Assembly (NCBI GenBank): GCA_051313645.2
Contig: JBNRSN020000025.1
Span: 41,292,001 to 41,356,000, forward strand
From: Centroscyllium fabricii
Taxonomy: Eukaryota
Reading direction: 5' to 3'
Length of the DNA: 64,000 nt
The notes under the pieces are model-generated. The model ran no database searches. It had not been told where the DNA came from and saw only the letters and a program-made list of their open reading frames with translations. This document shows, piece by piece, positions 1-36,387 of the stretch. The translations under genes were made by a program, and so were the position numbers. Within the stretch, counting starts at the first letter, position 1; each line of letters starts with the position of its first letter.

Positions 1-432
1 ACCCCCCTCAGCCACCTGCTGCCATGCAGCCTTGGTCTGTGAGGGAGGTCTCTTCCTCCCTGAGGAGGGGAAGAGAACCTCCCTTTGGGTCGTTGCCCCC
101 TCGAGTAATGCGTCGAGGGAGGCGTCATCAAATTTGGGGGCGGGTCGTCCCCTCGCGCTGCCCGATGCAGCACCCTCACGCTCTGCCATCCTACTGAAGG
201 TTGTAGAACGCTGAGCAGTGCGGGAGGCCAGCTGTGTTTATTAAAGGAAACCCGAATCCTGACGTCATATTGTGCGACTTTCTGACTGGAAATCGGTGAT
301 TGAGAAGGCTTCCCACAGGCGGGGAATTAATTGGGTCCTTAGACTAAAATCTTGTGGGAAACGCAGGCACTTAATCGGGCGGGCCAAAAACCCGCCCCGA
401 CCAATCCCCGCCATTCGGGCAAAATTCCGGCC
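1..432. mobile_element. Right end of a GC-rich non-autonomous PIF/Harbinger-like element (truncated by the window edge)
   Basis: Ends in CGGGCAAAATTCCGGCC, the same GG(G)C..GAAATT/GAATTT terminal style as the TSD-verified Harbinger-like copies in this window. Confidence 0.45.
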
Positions 433-2413
433 TATATTTCTCTCCACGGATGTTGCCTGACCTGCTGAGCTTTTCCAGCATTTTCTGTTGTTAATCCACA
501 GATTCATGCTTTCCAGCAGCTGTCTCTGGATAGTGATCAACAGCAGGAACCTTGGTTGATTTATTGTACCCCTGCCTAGCTGATGGGTGCTGGGGCCAAA
601 TGTAGCACCCCAACTACTGCCCTGGCTAAGATCAGTTAACCCAACACAGACCAGGGATTAAACCTGGATTTTTCTGGGCCTTATAACTCAACCTACGTGA
701 TATTTACCACTAAGCCTTCATGGAATCCCCAATTATCTATTTTAAATCTGCTCCATATTCAGCAATTGAATCTATTAACTCTGCAGTGAGTTGGAAGAAA
801 TCCCAATCCCCTACCTTTTGGGTAAGATACTCAATGAAGGTGCACACAGCATGGGGGACAGAACATGTCCAGAAGCAACCAATTCGATTCATTTGGAATC
901 CTGTTGACAAAAGTGGGTAGCCACCTGCAGATACTGTGCACAAGGGTCCAGTACATTAGCCAGCTGGGAAAAGTCAGAAGGAAGATTATTGTTGTAAGAT
1001 GCACTTAAGCTAGAACTGCAGCCCCTCCAGGAAGCCAATTACCACTGCATCAACGAAGGCTGCCTGAGAGTTGCCTCTTATTGGAACTGAGGAAAGGAAA
1101 TGTATCCCGACACCCTCACCCACAAAACACAGAACTGCATCACTTTATCTATTATATATTTTTGGAATTGATCCAAACTTTTAAAAATTACTTACAGAAA
1201 CAGAAGTGCCCACTCCAATAGGAGTAAAAACTCAAGCCAGGTAGTGAGTGAAGAATTGAGTATTCATAAGTTAATAATTGTCATTCTTCAAATAGACTCG
1301 ACATACCATGTAGATGAGTCACTGCAACGGGGGGTGGGGGAGAATCAGAAAAATGACCCAAATCCCTAGCCCTTTAAGAGGCTTTAAGAGGAATCATATG
1401 TCTTTCCTTCTTGCAGCATTTATACCAGCTACAGGGAACCACAGTCAACATTTAACATGCCAGAAGCACAAGCATGCAACCTACAAGAAACCTGTGAAAA
1501 TTCCTACATCTTCCTTAGATTAGTGAAGACACAGAAAAGAGACCGGCTCCGTGGAACGCATACTGAGATTGTTGTTTGACTGGGACCAGCTGATGAGCAA
1601 AGCCAACAATTATTGGCTTCCACAGAAAAGCATTGAATGATCCTTCGGTTTGGGGTCAGACAGAGGTTTAAATAAAGCTTCAGCAGCCTGCAGTCTTCCT
1701 TCCCTTGGCAGACAGCAGTTAGTTTTGATAAAGGGTCCCAACCCGAAACGTCGACTCTATATTTCTCTCCACCGATGCTGCCTGGCCTGCTGAGTTTTTC
1801 CAGCATTTTCTGTTGTTATTTTAGACAGCAGAGTTGCCTCATTCAACCTGCCTTGCGATGGAGTGTGTTTCCTCGAGTGGTTATTAACCGCAGGCAGCAT
1901 TGCTTATCAGAGGCCTTGGACCCTGAGAATAGGGATGATATGGCCGAACCCACCCGACCTTTCTTCTGCTTGACCGATGAGCGCAAATGGATGTGGAGAG
2001 AAATTAAAGACTTGAGATCTCTCAAATCCCTGTACGACCATTTGTACTCCTGCCTTTGGTCAGCACTCAACTGTGGTAATTCATTGAGGCATCCACCACT
2101 TCACAGTCAACGTTCAGGCCAAGGGAGGTTAGAGAGACACTCGGTAAATGGCAGAAAATGACCCTCTGAAATTGAGGCAAACTCGGTCACTGAGACCTGA
2201 TGATGATCCCAGAAACTCTGTAAAGGAAGTGATGGTTTGAGAACCCAAGTGCTGGAAACATGAGAAAGTTTCAGCCAGTGTGAAAGCCACAGTGATTGAT
2301 ACCAACAGCTGGAGAAAAGGAACTGAAGATGGCAGTCCATCTGTGTGGGCAAAAAAGGAAGGTCATGTGGCTTAGGAGAGAAAAGTCTCTTCAAAGGGAT
2401 AGGCATTTTATAT

Positions 2414-2419
2414 TTTATT
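2414..2419 (-). terminator. Candidate ZBTB17 polyadenylation signal AATAAA
   Basis: TTTATT on the + strand ~1.25 kb past the stop, in an AT-rich context. Another candidate lies at ~2770. Confidence 0.4.
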
Positions 2420-3659
2420 CCAAAAATATAAACCCTAATACAGATTTAAAATGTTGACGCTGGGGCACAGTTTGAAATGCATTATAAAAGTAGTCGCTCC
2501 AGGTTCAGTGACTCAGAGCGGGTTTGGAGTTTGATGGCCAGAATGGGTGGGTGGGTGCGTGAGAGGTTCTCTTTAGTGTTAACCAGTTTTCCTCCCTCAC
2601 TTAACCCACTGGAAGCCACGTGGTGTCAGCTTTGTGTCGCAGAACTGGCCCCAGATTCAAAGCAGCAAAGATCTTGTTTTGAAGATCAAACGCCATCACA
2701 TCCCAGAACCTACTTAAAATTTGCAAGATTCAAATATCACCAGTGCATCACTGGAAGAACCAGCCAGCGTTTATTGTTTGTGGGCAGCACCTGTCTTTAC
2801 ATAAATAAGTTCCGCTGATAGAACATCTGTTTTCTAGAATTCGGATCCAATCACTGAAGTGCTTTAGGAGGACTTTATAAACAGCTGTGCTTCTGGGGCC
2901 ATGCCCTTTAGTGACTGGCAATCGAAGCTGATGCCCCAAAGAGTGCTCTATACCTGTTCTTTGTTCTTAAAATGGGTCATCAGCTGGGCTGTCCCACAAT
3001 ACAGAACAACTTCTTGTCCTACACAGCTCACGTGACTGAGCCATCCAGCATAGGAGAACAGTGCACAATCTGCAGCAACGTGGAGACTGGTGGCAGCTGC
3101 CACTCATAGGAGTGGCCAATACAATGTAACCTCACCTAGTCCTAAACCCAATCAGAATGATCCCATGTGGTGCATAATGTTGGCTCCTGCTTCACAGACA
3201 ATTATGGGTTCAACCCCATGGGATGCTGAAACCACAAATTCCCTATTCCCCGCCCCCCTCCCCCAACCCCCATTGTGCTGGACCTAGTGCATTTAATATG
3301 AAGAAGAAATTCAGAGGGCATCAGTAACAGGGCAACCCCTTCCAGCTGAACAGCGAGTGCCGTTAGTTTCAATCTTCATTCATCCTGACCGCCTGGTTTT
3401 ATCATGGTCCTTCAGCTGTGCATGCTCAGTGTTGTTGCCCATGTTAAATCTGGTTTTGCAATGTGATTCGATTTGAGAGATGCATAAACCGTCTCTTTAC
3501 ACGTAGTAGCAGGTTGCAGTTACAGAGTCAGTCTGGCAGCTTCCTATTCTTTAATGAGCAAGTCGCAGTTGAATTGCTGCATTCAGCATGGTTGATGCAT
3601 TTCCGTGTTGTTAATGCTACATATCTTGCAGAGTGTACCTGGCTGCTTATATCATGCCC

Positions 3660-27187
<23,528 letters not shown>

Positions 27188-27465
27188 CCCTGGGAGAGGG
27201 GGGAAAAAGAGATCAGCTGGGGTCACAATACAAGTCCCATTTCATTGCATGACATTCGGGACTTTGTAGTCACCGTGATTATTTAGTGCACTGGTTCCAA
27301 CAGACTGTAGGAAAAATCACAGTTTAGCCAATGCAACAAATTTCTACATCGATTCTGGTCAATGGCTACTCAGATCACTCCATGATTCCCACAGTTGGCT
27401 ACCTAGTTGACTTGTGGGGAATGAATGAATTTCTAACAGCAAATATTGTGCTGCTTTTCACCAAG

Positions 27466-27860
27466 AGGCACGGTGGCATAGTGGTTAGCACTGTTGCCTC
27501 ACAGCACTGGAGACCAGAGTTCAAATCCAGCCTCGGGTACTATCTGTGTGGAGTTTGCACATTCTCCCCGTGTCTGCGTGGGTTTCCTCCGGGTGCTCCG
27601 GTTTCCTCCCACAGTCCAAAGATGTGCGGGTTAGGTTGATTGGCCAGGATAAATTGACCCTTAGTGTTAGGGGGATTGAATATGTGGGGTTACGGGGATA
27701 GGGTGGGATGTGTGTCGGTGCCGGCTTGAGAGGGATTATGGTGAGAGGGCAGGGGCGGGGTGCTGGGTTTGGATGATCAGCCATGATCTCATTGAATGGC
27801 GGAGCAGACTCGAAGGGCCGAATGACCTACTCCTGCTCCTATCTTCTATGTTTCTATGTT
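27466..27860 (+). mobile_element. tRNA-derived V-SINE (HE1-like), full length, long CR1 tail
   Basis: A box TGGCATAGTGG, B box GTTCAAATCC, V-domain GTGTGGAGTTTGCACATTCTCCCCGTGTCTGCGTGGGTTTCC, CR1-derived tail. Confidence 0.85.
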
Positions 27861-27964
27861 TAAGAGCTGGAAGGACTGATGATTATATACGTGTTTGGCA
27901 AGTCTCAACCCATTTCGAAGCAGACATGGTCCTACAGAATAAAACATCCCTAATTCAGCATTAA

Positions 27965-28970
27965 ATGTGCTTAAATGTGAAGTTATACATTTTGGAAAAA
28001 AAAATCATAGAGCAAGTTATTTTCTAAATGGGGAGGAGCTGCGTGGTAATACAACGCAAAGGGACCTGGGGGTACTAGTGCATGAATCACAAAAAGTTAG
28101 TATGCAGGTGCAGCACGTGATTAGGAAGGCCAATGGAGTCTTAGCCTTTATTGCTAGGGGGATAGAGTATAAAAGCAGGGAGGTTTTGCTGCAGCTGTAT
28201 ACAGTATTGGTGAGACCGCATTTGGAATACTGTGTGCAGTTTTGGTGTCCATACTTAAGAAAGGATGTACTTGCTCTGGAGGCAGTGCAGAGAAGGTTTA
28301 CACGGTTAATTCCAGGGATGAGGGGGTTGACATATGAGGAAAGGTTAAGTAGGTTGGGACTTTACTCATTAGAGTTCAGAAGAATGAGAGGCGATCTTAT
28401 TGAAACGTATAAGATCGTGAGGGGCCTTGATCGGGTGGATGCGCTAAAGATGTTTCCAATGATCGGGGAGACCAGAACTAGGGGGCATAGTCTTAGAATA
28501 AGGGGGGGCTCTTTTAAAACTGAGATGAGGAGAAACTTCTTCACTCAGAGGGTGGTTAATCTATGGAATTCGCTGCCTCAGGGAGCTGTGGAAGCAGGAA
28601 CATTAAATAAATTTAAAACGGAAATAGACTGTTTTTTAGCAGACAAGGGAATTAGGGGTTACGGGGAGCGGGCAGGGAAGTGGACCTGAGTTATGGTTAG
28701 TATAGTAAGACCTGAGTGATCTCCTGGACAAGTTTTGATCGCCTAGATTGGGGTCGGAGAGGAATTTCCCGGATTTTTTCCCCAAATTGGACCTGGGTTT
28801 TTATCCGGTTTTTCGCCTCTCCCAGGAGATCACATGGTTTTTTGGGTGGGATGAAGGGTGATAGTGGGAAGAAGGTTAGGGTAGGATCAGCCATGATCTT
28901 ATTGAATGGCGGAGCGGGCTCGAGGGGCCGATTGGCCTACTCCTGCTCCTATTTCTTATGTTCTTATGTT
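27965..28970 (+). mobile_element. CR1-clade LINE 3' portion with an intact 240-aa ORF2 C-terminus and a structured 3' module
   Basis: ORF 27967-28689 KCEVIHFG...RPHLEYCVQFW...GKWT*; TTCTTATG tail. Confidence 0.9.
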
Positions 28971-30119
28971 TCTCACTCAGCGAAGCCATAGAATGAGTGA
29001 TGTGGGAAATGGATTGTCTCCGGAGGTTGGGGCGAAAGCTTTACCCTGCATTTATCCCATTGCTGAACCTAACCTGCGAGAGTAGAGAGAGCTTTACTTT
29101 GTATCTAAATTATCCTATACCCGACATTAAGTGCCCGAATATTCCATTCTTCAAGGCGAGGGATGATGCTGATGAACAGAAAAATCACAGCAACAACAAA
29201 AGAAAGCCTAACAATTACAAACCTGTCGCTCTGTTTGTCCATGTGTAACTGCAGGGCATTTTACCTGTTCGCTAAAAATCTTACACAGGAACTGTGATTG
29301 TAGTTTGTAACAGAGCTGTGCTCCTCATAGGCCAACACACAGCGAGTCAATGCTACTGGGTTGAGGCGGGTGGGGGGCGGCGGGGGGGGGGGTGGAGGAG
29401 AGAGGGAATGAAGACAAGACAGATAAAGCTGCTGCTCACTAAAATAACTAGCTTCCCAATGGCCAGCACAATTCGGCAGTACATTGGTCAGAGGTACACC
29501 TCCACCCTGGGGAAGTATGAAAGCTGACAAGGGCTAGGGTCAGCCTGCGAGTGAAGGCTTGTAAACAACAGAAAGTACAATGCTGAAACTATGGTTTCTA
29601 CAGGGCAGAAAGAATAAAGTCTTGCATTTATATAGGGCCTTTCATGACCTCAGGACATCCCAAAGAGTTTTACAGCTTTTGTACTTTTAAGTACTTTTGA
29701 TGTGCAGTCACTGTTGTAATGTAGGAAATGCAGCAGCCAATATGCGCACAGCAAGCTCCCACAAACAGCAATATGATAATGACCAGATAATCTATTTTTA
29801 GTAATTTAGTAATGTTGGTTGAGGGATAAATATTGGCCAGGACACCAGGGAGAACGCCCCTGGACCTCTTCAAATAGTGTCATGGTATCTTTTACATCCA
29901 ACTGAGAGGGCAGACAGGACCTTGTCTGTTTGCCCTCTCAGTAATTTGCATGTAATTTATTTATTTGCACTACTCTCGGGAGAGTCGAGTCTTCGTCTCG
30001 TTGTATTGTACTAGTACTCTGTAATGACAATAAAACTTGAATTGATTTGAATTGAATTGAATTGGTTTAACATCTCATCCGAAAGACGGCACTGACGGAT
30101 CAGCCTAGATTTTCGTGCG

Positions 30120-30525
30120 TTCCTTGGAGCAGAGAAGGCTGAGGGGGGACCTGATTGAGGTGTATAAAATTATGAGGGGCATAGATAGGGTAGATAGAAA
30201 GGAACTTTTCCCCGTAGTAGAGGGGTCAATAACAAGGGGGCATAGTTTCACGGTAAGGGGCAGGAGGTTTAGAGGGGATTTGAGGAAAAACTTTTTCACC
30301 CAGAGGGTGGTTGGAATCTGGAACTCACTGCCTGAAAGGGTGGTAGAGGCAGGAACCCTCACAACATTCAAGAAGCATTTAGATGAGCACTTGAAATGCC
30401 ATAGCATACAAGGCTACGGACCAAGTGCTGGAAAATGGGATTAGAATAGACAGGGCTTGATGGCCGGCACGGACATGATGGATGGAAGGGCCTCTTTCTG
30501 TGCTGTATAACTCTATGACTATGAC
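30120..30525 (+). mobile_element. CR1-clade LINE 3' end, second subfamily, inserted in a DeuSINE-like copy
   Basis: ORF 30115-30444 SLEQRRLRGDLIEVYK...SAGKWD*. Confidence 0.85.
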
Positions 30526-30741
30526 TCAAAACCTTGGAGTGGGACTTGATCCCATAACCTTCTAACTCAAAGGCGAAAGTGCTACCCACTGAGTCAAAGC
30601 AGACACGTTGGCTTTTGCCATAAAAGAAGCCTGAGGTTGGAGTTTTCCTTTCCCAGGAATGGATTTCTGACCTTTGCTTTGTAGGAAAGGTGTGAAATGG
30701 TCAATAACTGTTCCCTAAAGTTCCACAGTTCACAGAATTAT

Positions 30742-31046
30742 AGAATCCCTACAGTGCAGATAGAGGCCATTTCGGCCCATCGAGCCTGCACCGACACATA
30801 TCCCACCCTATCCCCGTAACCCCACATATTTAATCCCCCTAACACTAAGGATCAATTTATCATGGCCAATCACCCTAACCCGCACATCTTTGGATTGTGG
30901 GAGGAAACCGGAGCACCCGGAGGAAACCCACGCAGACACGGGGAGAATGTGCAAACTCCACACAGATAGTACCCGAGGCCGGATTTGAACCCGGGTCTCC
31001 AGTGCTGTGAGGCAACAGTGCTAACCACTATGCCACCGTGCCGCCC
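30742..31046 (-). mobile_element. V-SINE (HE1-like), short-tail subfamily
   Basis: Same head and V-domain; tail GATGGGCCGAAATGGCCTCTATCTGCACTGTAGGGATTCTAT. Confidence 0.85.
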
Positions 31047-32779
31047 ACTTCAACACCAGGTAGTTGAAGCACCTATTGACCAGGACTTACTTACAGTGAA
31101 AGTTTGCGTGGCCCCTTGAAACTGTAGCTATATTGTCTGGTTGGCCTGACAGAATGGTTTCCTGACCGCCAATTGCACCTTACAAGTGACAGAAATATGC
31201 CAGTTCTAGAACTTTGATGGGGTGCAAATCTATGAAGCAGCAGTGCTCTCCACTTCCATTTCACAATTCCCCAATTACATGACATGGGATCTAGAGAGAC
31301 CCAGCAATCGATCAAGTCATTGTGAGTAGCTTGGCCTGCCCTTTGCATTCCATTTGCAGTGTTTGATATCACTGGAAAACTTTGGCATTGTCCTCCTTGA
31401 TCAAGGAGGTAGTTGAGACATTATAATAAATTTCAGGTCTGCACTAGATATTCTCTCAGTTTCAGCAGCACCTGTCACTCCCATAAACGGACCGTACGTC
31501 CTCAATGATCTGGAAAGCACCTTTACAGTTCAATATCTAGTTATACAATAGCATGATGCAGCAGCTGTAACAGTGAGGTGTTAAGATATGTGTACTGGAT
31601 TCTGTGATCTCGCACATAGAAACATAGAAGATAGGAGCAGGAGTAGGCCATTCGGCCCTTCGAGCCTGCTCCGCCATTCAACGAGACCATGGCTGATCAT
31701 CCAAACCCAGCACCCTGTCCCTGCCTTCTCCCCATATCCCTCGATCCCTATCGAGCCTTCACCGACACATATCCCACCCTATCCCCGTATCTATGCCCTA
31801 TATCTATTTTCCTTGTCTTCTGGCAGGCGGCTGATGAGCACTCGGGTGAGATGAGACCAACTGTAAATCAACAAGTTGGCTCATTTTATATATAAAATAC
31901 ATAACTGAAAAGAATATCAGTAACACAGTCAGATTTACCTATTTCCTATCACTTCGGAACAGCAACAAAAATATTTTTCTGCAAGCTTTAACTTTGATAC
32001 GAGCCTCCATTCACTTTACCAGTTAGTATCGCTGAACTGACTGGCGCTTAATTAGAGAGAGAGCTGTCTTTCAAACTACACCTTGGATCAGAAACCTTGC
32101 CCTCCCAACCTGAGGTGGCAATTATTGTCTACCAAGCTGGGCCTTCTGCTTTGCTCATAAAACTAATATTGTAGGTGTGAACCTTTCTAAAATGTGTCAA
32201 TGACCATTGTCTCAAACTGATACGATATTGAAACTGTACATAATTCTGCTAACTACTTCTTCTGTGCCCTATCAGATCTAATCAGCATTTACAAACAACA
32301 TGTGTGTTGTTGACGGCCTCTGTGCTTCAAGTGATCTGAGCAAAATGCTCATCCATAAGGGCACTGCTGACTACAAAGCCCGGGACTCGGTCTGAGTGAC
32401 TGCTGATATGGGAAAATTTGATAGCAGATAATGTGTCCAAAAATATCCTTGCCTCTGATGCTCAAATCATAAACAAACTGAGTTACAATCCAGAGTCTGC
32501 CAGCTGCTCATCCACGAAGCAGCACCCCATCAAAGTAACCGAGAGGGAGAGGAAGCCACGTCAGTGGACCGCATTCATCCACGAAGGCACTCAATTACAC
32601 AAAAACAAATCTAAATTGTTTTTCAGTTGACAATCGTCTGTTGCCAATCAAGGTTCAAAGTGTTCCTCCAGACAGGTACAAATGATTGACAAGTCCAGTG
32701 CTCGCTATCAAACCCACGAGGGCATCCGATGCCTGGCTAGCAAACACCCATCTGCAGAGAGAATTGCAAAAAATGGAAT

Positions 32780-33835
32780 GGGCCAGAAATTCCGATGCCT
32801 AAAGCAGATGCCCACAGCGATGCCCATGAAAAATGTCCACGGATGAGATGCCCACGGATCTGAAATTTCCGATGCTGAGGGAAAAGGGCCCTTAGCATAA
32901 TGCTCAGGAATGAGTTGCACCCAAAAATTCCAATTGAAAAAGGGTCATTCTTTTCCGTGATTCTGTGGGCAACGTTGCCTTCAGATGCCCTCGAAAAAAG
33001 CTGGAGTAACTCGTGGCCTTCAGATGCCCTCGAAAAAAGCTGGAGTAACTCGTGGGTTTCAGCGTGAAAAGGTAAGTTCTAGCAAATTAATTTCAGTTTT
33101 GATGTTTGAGTGGTGTTTAGTAAAAGTTGTGAGTGAGTGTGAACGTTTTAGAAAAAAATTTGAAAATCGCGTTTTTAAGTGTTCTTTTCCTGGTTTTTTA
33201 AACCAAAAATGGTGCTGTTTTTTTTCAACCAAATTATGTACCTTCTAATCCCCCACTGCTGAAAGTATTTTTTTTTGGATTTCAGTCTCAGATAACTGAG
33301 AAATGCGTTTTTCATTTTAGTTGGTGGAGTGCTGAAAGGTTTCTGTTAAGGCTTGCTTTGCTAAAAGTTAAGTTCCAGCAAAATAATTTCAGTTTTGATG
33401 TTTGAGTGGTGTTTAGTAAAAGTTGTGAGTGAGTGTTATGTTTTAGAATTTTTTTTGAAAATCGCGTTTTTAAGTGTTTTTTCCCCGTTTTTTTTAACCA
33501 AAAATGGTGCCGTTTTTTTTCAACCAAATTGTTTGAATCAGCAGAAAAGCAAGCACATTTACCAAACTCTGCTGCTGAATAAAATGGTTGCAGTTCTCTG
33601 CAGCACTTTCTGTACTTTGATCAGGGGGCGTGTGCATTTAAATTAGCCCTCAGAGGGCGGGGCTTGCTGCAGCAAGCAAGCAGAAACGTTGCCCACCAAA
33701 ACTGGCTGAGCAGAAACGATGCCCACAAAGAAGGTAATCAGTATCGGAATTTTCAAGGGCAAAAACGGGACGTCTCGCGTGGGCAACGTAACGGAAACGA
33801 TGCCCACGAAACGGGTCAAGTGGAATTTCTGGCCC
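32780..33835. mobile_element. Non-autonomous PIF/Harbinger-like element
   Basis: Perfect 14-bp TIR GGGCCAGAAATTCC, 3-bp TSD AAT, subterminal GATGCCCAC repeats, internal direct duplications. Confidence 0.85.
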
Positions 33836-34109
33836 AATGTCTTAGAAAGCCTTAATCAACCATGAGGGATGGGGGTGAGGTGAGATTCCACATTGCAACA
33901 CCTGCCAAATGGTAGGGCACTGCACACTAATGGAATTCAGCTCAAATGCTGCTCAAGATGAGAGGGGTAAGAACACCAATGATGGAGAATAGCACCGGGA
34001 ACCACAACTCACTTTGGAGCTGCCCTTCCGAAGCCGGTGACTATGGCAGAGGCGCGCATGTCCACAGTGTTCCAGAGCATAGCTGTGATTTCCATCCACA
34101 AGACGGGGG

Positions 34110-34497
34110 ATAGAAACATAGAAGCAGGAGTAGGCCATTCGGCCCTTCGAGCCTGCTCCGCCATTCAATGAGATCATGGCTGATCATCCAAACCCAGTAC
34201 CCTGTCCCTACTTTGTCCCCCATATCCCTCTCGAGCCTGCACCGACACATATCCCACCCTATCCCCGTAACCCCACATATTCAATCCCCCTAACACTAAG
34301 GGTCAATTTATCCTGGCCAATCAACCTAACCCGCACATCTTTGGACTGTGGGAGGAAACCGGAGCACCCGGAGGAAACCCACGCAGACACGGGGAGAATG
34401 TGCAAACTCCACACAGATGGTACCCGAGGCTGGATTTGAACCCGGGTCTCCAGTGCTGTGACACAACAGTGCTAAGCACTGTGCCACTGTGCCGCCC
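34110..34497 (-). mobile_element. V-SINE (HE1-like), full length
   Basis: Reverse complement of the same family; truncated copies at 4651-4895 (+), 21436-21723 (-) and 31613-31790 (-). Confidence 0.85.
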
Positions 34498-36387
34498 GTC
34501 GATCTAATGTGCCTGAAAACTATTGACGAATCTCACTGACATCAATGGCTCTCGGGCGGTCCTCAGGATTATCACAGCATATACACCAAATATTTGAGGA
34601 CTGCGGAATAATAACTCTCATAAGGAACGTAAAGTACAAGTGACAGCTTTATTCTGATCACAGGAGGTTGTCAGATTTAGGGGCAACCCACTTCCATCGC
34701 TTTCCGTGATTTTGAAAAGGCTTTCAATCTAGTCACCCTCGTGAAGAAGCTGGAAACTAAGGGATGGCCAAATCATGAATTTAATCTGGGATGTATACAC
34801 CAGCCACAAGATCCAATGTAGGGGTAGATGGAAACTGAAGATAGCTCTCTTGAAAGAGGAGGCAAAGTTGTCCACTCTCACTCATCCTAATCGATGTCTT
34901 CATCAGTTTGTGGGGTGGCATTATAAAGATGTACGTGGGGTGTCTGTTGCAAACATTTCTGACGGTATTCCTTTTCATAGATATGGTGTAAATGGATTCA
35001 CCTGAAGCTTTATCCATCATCTTAAACAATCCTATAATCAGTGGGATGTGGTGGGGGTGCCTCAAGGTGTCGTACTACAGCTTTGCACAGCTGAAGCTGG
35101 AATTTCAAAGATATTAATTGATAGATACAAGGGTGTCTGTTTCCACTATTGATTCATATCAGGGCCGGATGTCAACTTCAACGTAGACACAGCTCTTAAT
35201 GGACTCAGGAATAACCACAAATGGCTGGGATAGCTGCTTCCTGGTAATAAAACTTTTCACAGTACCAACTAGGGCCACCTTTCTGGGTTTAAATGAGATG
35301 GTGCTGTTTTAAAGTTGCCTGTGCCAATTTTCTAAAAGATAAAACTTACACTAAAAATACATTTTCCCATTTACTTTTCTGTGTCTCAATGTTATTATTG
35401 AGGTTTTCAATTAATTTTCATCGGCAGCAAACATCATAACTCGAGCCCTGCCCCAGGCTGGTTTAGACCCTTGCAAAAAGCAGCATCCCTTTCTGTTGAC
35501 AGCGGGGCATTTTATTTCAATGGAAGATGGTGATCTTCAGGCTGTGAAAAGTCCACAGCACTTGCTGTATCCAGGAGTGTCTTTCCTCGTCTATTCTCTG
35601 GGGGCTTTGTTGGGCACAGCTTTTCCTCAGCATGTTTCATGTTATGCTGGAGGTGGCAGTTCCTTCTTAACCCCTCCTACTGAGGGTCCAAGTTTTCTTA
35701 ACCTACTTGTTATCACCATATTGATAGTCCTGCATTAAGCAGATCCTCAGATTAGTGCCTCTCCCCACTTTCTTGCTGCCCAGGTGTATTTGTTATTGCC
35801 TCCCTCTCTCTAACTCCATGTCTCTCTATTAATTATCTTTCGATCACTCTCTTCCTTAGTGTCTGTTAATTGTCCCCATGTCCTGGTATAGTGTCCCTCT
35901 CTCTGCTCTGGTATTTCTCTTTATTGCCCCCTGCTCACCCTGGAGTATCTCCATTATTGGTTCGCCCCACCCTGGTGCCTGTTTATTGAACTCCATCCAA
36001 AACGCTCTCTGTTTATTGACACTCTGCCGTGATGTCTCCTTATTCATGACCCCTCTTTCCCCTGTTATCTCTCTGGAGACTGCGGTGCTGACTTGGTGTT
36101 CCTCCATTTATTGGCCCTCTGTGCCAGTAACCCTCTGTTTATTGGCTCTGGATCAATTGATCTGTGTATTGGTGACTCTGGGCTCCATTAACCCTCTCTG
36201 TATCTATTGATCCGCGCATTGTTTGAGCGCGCCTGGCGGACCCTGCCTCGTCTCCATGATGGCGGCGGGAGGCGAGTCCGCGGCCTCCTTCTACCCGTCT
36301 GCCTCATAGTGCCCTTTCCTTCAGTCGGTTTCCGAAGCGCGCTGCCGGCCCCCACCCCCCACCCACCCATTCCAACCTAACCCTCAC

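Noticed and set aside
27466-27540. tRNA-like sequences at SINE heads (also 37574, 43805, 52625)
   Set aside because: A/B boxes are present but the sequences run directly into SINE bodies; no complete cloverleaf or Pol III terminator.
31938-31980. Possible second non-coding ZBTB17 exon (minus-strand donor AG|GTAAAT)
   Set aside because: No convincing polypyrimidine acceptor; it cannot be supported without transcript data.
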